A stretch of DNA of 64,000 bases, taken from assembly GCA_951406725.2 (NCBI GenBank), contig OX597829.1:24242001-24306000 (forward strand), written 5' to 3'. The position numbers were made by a program, and so were the translations under genes. Positions 34,209 through 45,710 of the stretch are shown here, piece by piece. Under the pieces are notes generated by a model. That model was given only the letters and a program-made list of their open reading frames with translations. It had not been told where the DNA came from and searched no databases. Each line of letters opens with the position of its first letter. The stretch's first letter is position 1. Origin of the DNA: Octopus vulgaris (lineage: Eukaryota).

Positions 34209-37200
34209 TCACTGCCTGGAATCAAACTTGGAATCTTGGGGTTAGTAGCCTGCACTCTTAACCACTATGCCATATGCCCGTGGGCAATTATGGAGTGAAT
34301 GTTGTGCTTAAGAGCACGGGCTACTAACCCCTAGATTCTGAATTCAATTCCAGGCAATGACCTGAATAATGATAATAATAATAATAATAACATGGAAAAA
34401 TACTTTAGGAATGAGAACTCAGGTTCAAAATTTCCCCCAAGACACCTGGTGAAGGCCGGAGGCTATATCAGCCAAAGTGTTGTGTTAACAACAAACAAGA
34501 TGAGGACAAATATCCGTCAAATGTAAATAATGTACATAATTCCTCATCTCTTAAATATAGAACTGGAATAAGAGTTAGAACTCGTGATCCACCCATGGAC
34601 CTTTTCTTTTGGAAATTTTTGCCCGTTGCACTAAAAAGTTTACCCACCCCTGGTTAAGATTAATGTTTTTCTTTCTTCTCCTACACCTTTTTCTTAGTTC
34701 ATTAAGCTCTTTCTTATCATTCAACCCATCTTTTCCTTTCACCTCACTCTTTGCCTTTGCCTGCTTCTCCTCATTCCATTCCTTTTTTTTTCCCTTTTAA
34801 CTCTCTCACACTCTTTTGCTTTCCTTGAAGAAAGATTGTCTGAAGTGTTGGATTTTCTGCTCTTCATTATAAGTTTTCTTTTTACTAATTTTACTAAATA
34901 ATACAAACCTTTCCAACACAGATCAACACCAGTCCAGTCCAGTCCATTTAGAATCTGTTTGATCATACACACACACACACACACACACACACTTACGTAC
35001 ATATGTACACTCATACATACACACTTAGATATGTACACCTATATGCATGCTTGCAAGTACATATACATACAGTGCAAAATCTATAGAGATGTTATACCAA
35101 ATATCTACCCAGGCAATAATTACCCTGCAGTGAAGTTTTAGCACAGAACTATAATGAAACAGTAAGAATCAAATTGAAATTTTAGCAGAATTAATAATAA
35201 TTCTAAGAAATAGTTGAGGTGGTGTTGGCAAATGAGGCAATCTATATAAATCTGAAAATATCCTTGAATAGTCTAACAATTCTTCTCTGAAGAATTTATC
35301 ACAAGAAAACGAATGATGTAATGGGAAATAAAAAACGGTTTAGATTTGTCTAAAAGTAAGAGAAAAATTAGCACTAGCTCAGAATTATAAATGGTAAAAG
35401 GGTTTCAAGCAAAGAAGGGAATGGGGATGGTTAGGGACCTGATGTTTCCCACTTGCAGCTATGCTCTATTTCTTTAGAATAATATAAGAATGGATTTTTT
35501 TTTTTTTTTTGGTCATAATCAAACCAAATCAAAATAGATGAACATCAATTGAATTTGTATCTTTGTGGTACCAGTGCCGGTGGCACATAAGAAAACCATC
35601 TGAATGTGGCCATAGCCAGTACCGCATCGACTGGCCTCCGTGCTGTGGGCACGTAACAAACACCATCCGATCGTGCCCGTTCGCCAGCCTCGTCTGGCAC
35701 CTGTGTCGGTGGCACATAAAAAAAACACCATCCGAGCGTGGCCGTCTGCCAGCCTCGTCTGGCACTTGTGTCGGTGGCACATAAAAAACACCATCCGAGC
35801 GTGACCGTTCGCCAGCCTCGTCTGGCACCTTTGTTGGTGGCACATAAAATCACCCACTACACTCTCGGAGTGGTTGGCGTTAGGAAGGGCATCCAGCTGT
35901 AGAAACACTGCCAGATCTGACTGGCCTGGTGCAGACCCCAGTTGAACCGTCCAACCCATGCTAGCATGGAAAGCAGACGTTAAACGATGATGATGATGAT
36001 GATGATAATAATCAGCTTTGGATTATTAAGAGATTTATATCTGTAAAAGGATTCTTGGATAAATCTCCATTTAGGATTTCACTCTAATCTGTAATTCCAA
36101 TATTCTTGATGTTTCAAGGATTGAGTACTTCAATTAATTGTTGTCAATTATCTCATTATGAGTGAATGTGAGCGTGTGTATATGCATTATGTATGTATAT
36201 ATGCATTCATACATGTGTCACACAGACATACATTGATGTAGGTTTGCATATACTCATGCATATGTATTATATATGCACACATATACAGGAATATATTATT
36301 GTTGTTGTTGTTGTTATTATTATTATTATTAAGGCAGCAAGTTCACAGAATCATTAGTATGTCAAAAAACTGCTTAGCAGCATTCCATCTGTTTTTTTTT
36401 TTTTTTTTTTTTTTTCTGAGTTCAAATTCTGCAGAGGCCAACTTTACCTTCCGTCCGTCCTTTTGGGGGTTGATAAAATAAATATCAGTCAAGCACTCGT
36501 GTTGATGTAACCAACTTGTCCCCTCCCCAAAATTTCAGACCTTGTGCCTATTGTAGAAAGAATTATTATCATTATTTTAACTTTTCAAGTTCCACTTGAA
36601 AAGTCTTTCTACCATACACACAACTCAATTGGTACTTATTTTTATCGACCCTGAAAGGAAGATAGGCAAAGTCAACCTCAGTGACATTTGAACGCAGAAT
36701 GTAAAATCAGAAGACGTCACTAAGGATTTTGTCCAGTACAGTAACAATTCTAACATAATAATGATGATAGTGATTATGCAGACTTGGAGAAGTCTGCTGG
36801 ATCGGAACTGACTTGGGACAAAACAACAACTATAGCTGCTGATACTAACAATACATTATATAATGTAGTCCAATATACAAAATCATCATCATCATTTAAC
36901 GTCCGCTTTCCATGCTAGCATGGGTTGGACGATTTGACTGAGGACTGGCGAACCAGATGGCTGCACCAGGCTCCAATCTGATTTGGCAGAGTTTCTACAG
37001 CTGGATGCCCTTCCTAACGCCAACCACATCTGAATAAAAGCTGGTATGGTCACTGGTGGAACAGCTTTGATCATAGGTCTGTCTGCTGAATCAGGACTGA
37101 CCTGCTGAACAAAAGCAACTATTGCAAGTAATTCTAACTACTAAACTATATATTAGATAATATGGTGCTAGATAAACTGTCTGAATAAAATGGGATTGTC

Positions 37201-37228
37201 ACAGCTGGAATGTCTTTGATCATAGGTA

Positions 37229-37525
37229 TGTTAGTTAGTTAGTTAATTTTTGGGCTCAAAAAGCAAAAAGCAAGGCCATGTAGGGGGACATGGAGTTATG
37301 TACAGGGTGGTGTTCATGTAAAGAGTTCAGGCCACTTGTGGTCAAGGGAGACTTTGAACCGAGTGGTTGTCGGCATCTTCACCATCTCGTCCGGCAGCTT
37401 ATTCCACGGATCCGCAACCTGGACGGAGAAAGCCCCTCTCCTTCGATTGAGATGAAATCGTCGCAGATAGAGCTTTTCGGGATGACCCCGCAGCTGACGC
37501 TCTGGAGCCTGGACCAGAACTGATC
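37229..37525 (-). mobile_element. CR1-clade LINE 3' end
   Basis: LRGHPEKLYLRRFHLNRRRGAFSVQVADPWNKLPDEMVKMPTTTRFKVSLD, short UTR and (TAAC)n tail. Confidence 0.8.
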
Positions 37526-39290
37526 TGGGGCTATACAACAACTCTAGCCAATTGTAACTAAACTACTATATTATACATTAGATAATGTAGTCCTAAATAA
37601 AAAAAGAGACTGGTCAAAGCGGAACATCTTTGAGCACAGGTCTGTTGGATCAAGAAAAACTTGGTGCTAAACAACATCAACAACAATAATGAAAAGTGGA
37701 TCCTGCAAAATTCAATTTGAAAGAATATTTTGCTGTTGTTACTGGCATGTCAGGAGTGGCTGTGTGGTAAGTAGCTTGCTTACCAACCACATGGTTCCGG
37801 GTTCAGTCCCACTGCATGGCACCTTGGGCAAGTGTCTTCTACTATAGCCTCGGGCTGACCAAAGCCTTGTGAGTGGATTTGGTATATGGAAACTGAAAGA
37901 AGCCTGTCGTATATATGTATGTGTGTGTGTTTGTGTGCCTGTGTTTGTCCCCCCCAACATCGCTTGACAACCGCTGCTGGTGTGTTTGTGTCCTCGTAAC
38001 TTAGCGGTTCGACAAAAGAGACCGATAGAATAAGTACTAGGCTTACAAAGAATAAGTCCTGGGGTCGATTTGTTCGACTAAAGGTGGTGCTCCAGCATGA
38101 CCGCAGTCAAATGACTGAAACAAGTAAAAGAGTATGTCAAGTGGACTACATGGAGGTTTCCTTTACTCCAGCACCATCCAATTCACATAGACCTACTACA
38201 GCAATAACCTTGCTGCCATCACCACCGTCACCACAACAACAACAACAATCACACTGCTGGGATATAAATCACCTGAAATAATCAAAGAAAACAGACAAGT
38301 ATTGTGGTCTGACTAAGCCCACCTTGCTTTCTTCTGTTATGGCTGGAGGCTGGATGTTTACATCTAAGATCACATCACTACTGAGGAAATACACAGTACA
38401 CAATCACATCCATCCTGCATGCACTCATGCACACACACACACACACAGAGTAAATATGCAAGTATACAATGGACAGCCCCAACAACACCAGCATAGAATG
38501 AAGATCCAGGTTGCTGGACCTACTGATCATAACTGATATGTTTAATAAACTAATTACATGTTGAACAAAGCTGATGGAGGGCTAAATCAACAACAACAAT
38601 TACAGAAACCAAACCATCAACAATGAACCTGCCCCCCCACCACCACCACCACCATCACACAATCAATTAATTTCTTTTGAAATTGTTTTTAATAAGAAAT
38701 TAGAAACTTGTGAAATCATCCCTGTTTAATTGTGGAACTCATAGCTATAAATAGTAGCATGTAAATCATCATCATCATCATCATCATCATTGTTTAACGT
38801 CCGCTTGCCATGCTAGCATGGGTTGGACGATTTGACTGAGGTCTGGCGAACTAGATGGCAGACCTCAGTCAAATCGTCCAACACATGCTAGCATGGAAAG
38901 CAGATGTTAAACGATGATATTGGTTGAAAAACCCTTTAGATAGAAAACTCAATATCTACATGCCATTATTATTATTTTTTTTTAATAAGTTAGTCATGAG
39001 AGGGAAGACAGTAGTGGTGACCTTTGCAGGTCAATTTGCCTGAATAGTGAAAGTGATATAGTTGGTTTCCACCTTCAAACATCATCAGCAGGTCAATGAC
39101 AGCAGCAGGAAAATAAAGACTGTCAATATAACTGGGGTAGTTTTATTGTTTGGTATTTTACAGAGAAGTCTGATCAGGGTTGACTGAGGCTTGACAACAA
39201 TAAACTGTATTTTAGAATTGCTCACAGTCAGGATATAACATAAGGATTCATGAACACATCTTCCAGTTTCATTGAAAAATATGAACATAC

Positions 39291-39341
39291 CTTTTAAACT
39301 TATCCTTTTCCTCATCTAAGTCATTCCCAAACGCACTTTCA
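39291..39341 (-). CDS. Clock: Clock acidic N-terminal exon (51 nt, phase 2-2)
   Basis: tttttcag|...|gtatgt. ESAFGNDLDEEKDKFKR resembles vertebrate SIFDGLVEEDDKDKAKR and is in phase with the bHLH exon. Confidence 0.88.
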
Positions 39342-39954
39342 CTGAAAAATAAATAAGTTACAAGTTAACTAAATTCAGTGAACCACTATGAAAATATAAA
39401 GAATTAAATTAGAAAGAAAGATAATAAAAGTCATTTTTAATATTTGAAGAAAAAGTTCTGTTTTGATTTTTAAATATAAAATATATTTTTTTATCTCATA
39501 AGAATTTAGACATGTCAAGAGATCATGAAATAATTTGTTTATGATGGCTGAACTTCAAGTAGATAGAGCTATAAATAATAGCTTGTGAATAATATCCAAA
39601 AAGTTTTTTTTTAACCCAGTATTAACATGCTATTATTTATAACTTTATTGAATTTGAGTTCAGCCTTTAAAAACGAATTATGAAATACAATTATTTTTTT
39701 TTTTTAATCTCAACTGCAATTTATTTTCTTCATCTTCGACCAATACATATGCATGAATGTGTACATACACTCACAAACAAAGAGCACATACATATTTGGA
39801 CACACAAGCAAGAGAAAACATAAATGAATTCAATACAACTAATAAAATTCATTTATTGAAAAATAATGTTAGTCACATGAACAAATGCATATTTGCAAAA
39901 AAATCTTCGCCAGTGACAGCACAAACCATCAACTTTAAATTAACAAACATGTGT

Positions 39955-39997
<43 letters not shown>

Positions 39998-39999
39998 AA

Positions 40000-40940
40000 C
40001 AAGGGTAAGTCAAAAATTATCTGCACTTTCACCATAACATATCTTTATTATTGTTACATTGCCTTCTGTGCATGCATGATTATAGTTGCTACTATTGTGG
40101 TCACATAATCAAAGTTTGAGCTTCATCACGTCATTTTTCTAGCTTTACAGTGTAAATATGGTGACTCCACTAGCAATATGCACCAAAGAAGGTGGCAAGC
40201 TGGCAGAAACATTAGCATGCTGGGCAAAATGCTTAGTGGTATTTCATCAGTCTTTACATTCTGAGTTCAAATTCTGCCGAGGTCGACTTTACCTTTCATT
40301 CTTTCAGGATCGATAAATTAAGTACCAATTACACAATGGGGTCAATGTAATCAACTAAATCCCTTTGTCTGTCCTTATTTGTCCCCTCTATGTTTAGCCC
40401 CCTGTGGGCAATAAAGAAATAAATATGCACCAAAGAAGAACAAAGAGCAGTGATCCGATTTCTTTGGTCGGAAGGTGTGTCAGGTGCTGAAATTCATCAT
40501 TGAGGCAGCACATTCTCTGTAGATTAGTCATGGTTCTGCCTATCAAATCATCCACAATGAGCTCAGCTTCCATAAAGTCTGTGTAAGATGGGTGTCAAGC
40601 AAGCTTACTGCAGAGCACAAGCACAAACAACTTGAGGTCTACCAATGTTTATTCGATTACTACAACAATGAGGGTGAGGAATTTTTGAGTAGAATAGTCA
40701 CAGGACACACCTTCTGACCAGAGAAATTGGATCACTGCTCTTTGTTCTTCTTTGGTGCACATTGTTAGTGGAGTCACCATATTTACACTGTAAAGCCAGA
40801 AAGAAAAATGGTGCAATCAAGCTCAAACTTCGATCACATGACCACAATAGTACCAACTGCAAGCACGCATGCACAGAGGACAGTGTGACAATAATAAAGA
40901 TATGTCATGGTGAAAGTGCGGATAGTTTTTTTACTTCTCA
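40000..40940. mobile_element. mariner-derived foldback element with nested SINE
   Basis: TIR aagggtaagtcaaaaattatctgcactttc / gaaagtgcggatagttttttacttc. Transposase pieces CTKEEQRAVIRFLWSEGVSGAEIH and HKVCVRWV...EFLSRIVTG. SINE at 40191-40421 with 16-bp TSD aatatgcaccaaagaa. Confidence 0.8.
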
Positions 40941-41045
40941 TATATATTTTATAGATAAGAAAGTACATTTCAAATGCAGTATAACTTTGAAAACAGCCGA
41001 GAAAGATTGGGTATTTACACTTAGAAGATGGAAAAAAAAGGTCCC

Positions 41046-41084
<39 letters not shown>

Positions 41085-41231
41085 GTAATTTGGAAAAATT
41101 TGGTATTATTTATTCACCATTACACATCTCATTTGCTAATAGGAAGTACAAAATTGTACATGTAAGATATTTCCTATTAGAAAATCTTCAGACCAGACAG
41201 TGAATCAAATATTATTTGATTCGCAGTCTGG

Positions 41232-41441
41232 AAAGTTATATATAATTTATCAGTTGATGTATTGTACTTTTTTCTGGTATTTCAACATTTCACAATTAAG
41301 ACCCTTTCTTCAAGAAACCAGAAGTCAACTAACACCACCTTTTCTCTGAAGATTTCTTGAAAAAAGGGTGCTAACCCTGAAATATTGAAGCACCAGGTAA
41401 CAACACAAACTATCAACCTGTATTATTAATTTTTATAACTT
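41232..41441. mobile_element. old inverted repeat with degenerate hammerhead-like motif in each arm (Penelope-like pLTR relic)
   Basis: Arms 41232-41317 and 41353-41441. Consensus TTC-TTGAAGA-AAGGG..CCCT-GAAA-(C/T)GTT-GAA. Confidence 0.45.
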
Positions 41442-43092
41442 GCATTGTTTTGGCATTAAAAACAATCTTTAAAACATTCATATATATCGGACAATGTTTT
41501 ACGAAAGCTATACTACTCTCCCTCTCTCTCAGGTCCCACTACATAGCATCTTGGGCAAGTGCCTTCTGCTATAGCCCCAGGCTGGCCAAAGCCTTGTGAG
41601 TGGATTTGGTTCGTAGAAGTTCCATCATGTGTATGAAAGTGTTTGATACACGCACACAAATATATATACATATACATATATACATGTGAGTGGATTGATG
41701 AATAGACAGATAGATAGACAGACAGATAGACAGATAAATATGATGCAAATATGGTTGTGCAGTTAAGCAGTTTCCCAACCATGTTGCTTCAAGTACAGTC
41801 CCACCCCCACCCCACCCCTACATGGTGTGGTAACTTAGGCCAGTATCTTCTAATATAGTCTTGATCTGACCAAGACTTTGTGAATGGAATTGGTGGATAC
41901 AAACTGACAAAAGCCTGTTATTTTGCACCCAATGAAGTAGTTGACTGACTGAGAAGAGAATACATAGGTTTCTGAGATTAGTTTTGGTGTAGCAGAGCAA
42001 CCAACCATAGAAACTAAAGTCAAATAACACATGCAAACATCAATATACATAAGTAACAGCTTTCAGTAGATGATAACTTGGACTGTGATGACCTGTCCAA
42101 CCGATGCCACCATGGAAAGCAGACATAAACATGATTACATCCAACCCCACCAGTTCCGAAAATAATAACTTCTGGTGCTACTAAGTAATATTATAAATAT
42201 TATATAATATGCATGGCTAAATCGTCATAATCTATGTCTGTAGACATGATATGTGTAGTTAATCACCTTAAGTTGTTGAAACAAAATTGCTTACAACTTT
42301 ACAAACACCGTCATAAGCTCCACTTATTCACTTATTTTATACACACATACACACACATATGAGAAAGGAATAACGGTAAGCACAGATTTATACACCGTTT
42401 GTTCTCTATGTTTGCATCCTCTGCATTGGGTCCTCCAAGTGCAACCACGTGTTGAAATATATCAGTCAATCAAGGAAATGCTTTATTGTATAATGTTGCA
42501 AATCAAAACAAGAGGAGTTTGTTCACCCAACCATTTTACAGAATGCACTGGGTGTATTATTTTGTAGCACCAGTACAAGAGAGGTTTCCTTGTATCCCCA
42601 AAGTGCCACAGGTACTCAGTAGTAATGGTGTGTCTGTAGGCTCAAGGCAACATGACCAAGTAAGTGATAGGAGAGACTGAAGACAGGAGAAAAGCTTGGG
42701 TGAATGAGCGAAAGTAAGAGTATAATGGCAGGAAGAGGGATTGGTGGGTGAGAGAGAGTCGAGACTTGCAGTATAGAAAGAGTGAAGGTAGAGTTGTTAG
42801 GCATAATTGTACAATCTCTTACACTCAGACCTCATGAAAGGCAAGAAAAGCAAAGTAAAGAGAATGATACAGACAATATGCAGGTGGGTCCCATATCAAC
42901 CATCATTATATGACTGGCATAAGTAATAGAGAGTGACAGAGATATAAGTGATAGGGAGATAAGAGAGAGAGAGCCAAGATGTGGGAAAGACAACACTAGG
43001 CTTGACAATAAATACACACACATACACAGTTATCTAAGTAAAATCATGATCACACGTTTGCATATACATTAAAGTGAAATGGTACTCAATAC

Positions 43093-43145
43093 TTATACAG
43101 AGTGAAGGAATAATTTATGATCAAAGTTGAATCTTTATAGGTCAT
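43093..43145 (-). CDS. candidate Clock start-codon exon (MTYKDSTLIINYSFTL...)
   Basis: ATG at 43145 with an in-frame stop upstream, followed by two possible phase-2 donors (exon end 43099 or 43093) that fit the 39341 acceptor. No homology support. Confidence 0.25.
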
Positions 43146-43859
43146 TACTCCAAGTTCCCTGTTAATAATTTCATCAGGTTTTGTACAATCTCATTGTCTG
43201 ATGAAAGCATTAACATGAAACTCAAGGCAGCAATTTAAGGTGATACAACTTTGAATAAAAATTCTACACACACACATTCCATGGAACAACAAGTTCATCA
43301 GAAGAAGAAGACACTTAGAATTTTACACACACACACATGCACACAGAAACACACACATGCATGCACACATACAAAGACACGCATGTAATTAAATTCAGAA
43401 AAATGTAAGCTGGATTACCAGTCACTGTTATTAATTATTAATATCTTATTAATTTATTAATAGCTAGTTATTAGAATTCACAGTTATTATTGAAGACAAG
43501 ATGAAATATACTTAGAATGGCCAGAAACGATTTTGTTGGAAACTTAGGAAATGTCAAATACACACATTAAGTACAAACAGATATGAGATTTCTTTCTTTT
43601 CTTTTTAATGTTTTGTAATATACATTCAGTCATTTTTTTTTTTTTCGCTTTCCCATAATATACACTCTTTGCCAGAAGCTGTGTAGAAGATTTAACTGAA
43701 GAACAACAAAAACAGCTTAGAATTAATATTATCTTCTCTTAAGCAATTTATCCCTCTTTGGCTTTGTAGCTATTGTGGTATGTTGCTGCTACTGCTGGCT
43801 GCTATGGCAGCAACAAACTAACCATATTCCATTCTCAAATCATGAGGAATGGAATGTGT

Positions 43860-44122
43860 GTGTATGTGTGTGTGTGCACAGGAACAAGAGAGAGGGAGAC
43901 AGACAGAGTGAGAAAGAGAGAGAGGTAGACAGGAAGAGACAGACAGAGAAAGAGAGAAAAATAGAGAGAAGGAGGGGGAGAAAGAGAAAGACAGGCAAGC
44001 ATATGGAAAGAGAGAGAGATAGAGGGAGAAAATAGAGAAAGGGTATCAAATTTGAGAGGAGGATGTTATCAGTAGTTGCGCTCTCTCTCTCTCTCTCTCT
44101 CTCTCGCTCTCTCTCTCTCTCC
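43860..44122. repeat. GA-rich tract followed by (CT)n tract
   Basis: Polypurine 43885-44045, then (CT)n 44081-44122. Confidence 0.85.
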
Positions 44123-45664
44123 CACTTTCTCCCTTTTCATTAATAGAGTTATTAACAATCTGCCCCCTCCACCTAAAAAGAAAAAAAAATTCTCTATTAG
44201 TCATGAAGGACTAGAGTAAAGAAAAACAGCGACAAAACAAAAAAAATTTAGCCATATGATAGAAATTAAATGGTAGATAAAAATAGAAATGTGAAAATTG
44301 TGAATATTTTTTAGAGTAAATTAACCACAATGCGTGTGTGTGTGTGTGTGCGTATGTATGCATTTATTCAGGTATGTATATGACAACAGTATCAAAATTC
44401 CAAGAAAAAGAATTCAACACAATATAATAGCATAATAGAATGAAATTTTCTTGTAAACTCAAACTCCATAAGTTACAACTATATTCTTGTACAGTTTGCC
44501 AATTCTGAAAACATTGAAGGAGGTCCCACTGCATGGTACCTTGGGCAAATGTCTTTTACTATAGTCTTGGGCCAACCAAAGCCTTGTGAGTGTATTTGAT
44601 AGATGGAAACTGAAAGAAGCCCATGCTACGTGTGTGTTTGTTTGTATGAGTGTGTGCGTGTGTTTGACCCCATCACTGTTTGACAACCAATATTGGTTTC
44701 TTTACATCTCTGTAACTTAGCAGTTTGAAAAAAGAGACTGATAGAATAAGTACCAGACTTTAAGTACTAGGGTTGATTAGTTCAATTAAATGGTTCAGCA
44801 TGGCTGCTGTCCAATTTCTGTAACAGGTAAAAGAAAGATAGAAAATAAAAACTATCTTACTTTATACAGAAAATATATACTGTTGAATATGGATGGCATG
44901 TATAATAACAGTATGAAATGCAAGATTATAAAAGAAGACTTTTGATTTGTTTGGAGCATGTTTCAATTTGACAGCAAGCCATCTGATGGTCAATTTATTA
45001 AACATTTTTAAATGTCTAATGAGCGAGCATTTTTGACTTATGGTGCCAAAAGATTACAAGCTCAGAATGGGTGTTTAAGACAGAATTCCTATGGAACAAT
45101 ATATTCATTTTTTTTTTTTCAGAAATACAAAGAACACAGCCATCGTTACCAGTTTGGTATGTTCTAATATCTTCCAAATAATTTCTGAAATTGTTATTTC
45201 TTAAAGACTACATGTACTTTGATAAACTTGTATCAAAAGATCTTTCAGGATTTCTGAAAATATGCTGATGTAGATTGTATCTCAAATTAAAAGGATTCCC
45301 AGTTACACAGGGTTTTGATCTTTGAAAGATATAATTAGTTCATGGGCAATTTACTAGATTAAAACAATTACATGAACAGAAAGAAAAAGATATAAAGAGG
45401 TGTTTAAGATTTGTACTATTAAAATTTTGTATATCTAAAGCAAAATTATGTATGCAACTGAAAGTTATATTAACATTATTCCTAACAAAAATATAATATT
45501 TTATTTTTTATATTTTATTTCAGTCATTGGAGTGTGACTATGCTGGAGTAAAGTATTGAAGGGTTTTGTTGAGCACAAATTAGCTCAAGTACACAGCTTT
45601 TTAAGGCTGGTACCTATTCTATCAGTCTTGTTTGCCAGTCAAGCAGACTTTATTGACCAAATAC

Positions 45665-45710
<46 letters not shown>

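Larger units (their letters stand above)
33457..34572. mobile_element. tRNA-headed, hammerhead-bearing element as a head-to-head inverted pair
   Basis: The minus copy (34280 to 33457, split by a LINE) and the 5'-truncated plus copy (34308-34565) are reverse complements. Possible TSD AGTTAGAAC (33448-33456, 34573-34581). Confidence 0.7.
33038..34652. mobile_element. hAT MITE hosting nested elements
   Basis: TIR-like CAGGGCTGGGGGAAAC / GTTTACCCACCCCTG. 8-bp TSD GTTTAGAT/GTTAAGAT. Confidence 0.65.

Noticed and set aside
34204-34280. Possible tRNA gene
   Set aside because: No proper acceptor stem, decayed B-box, and embedded in a repeat. Treated as an element head.
1166-42452. Scattered CACGTG E-boxes (e.g. 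1166, 2495, 42447) and TTACATAA V/P-box-like sites (e.g. 3072)
   Set aside because: Isolated, some inside repeats, and at frequencies compatible with chance in AT-rich DNA.
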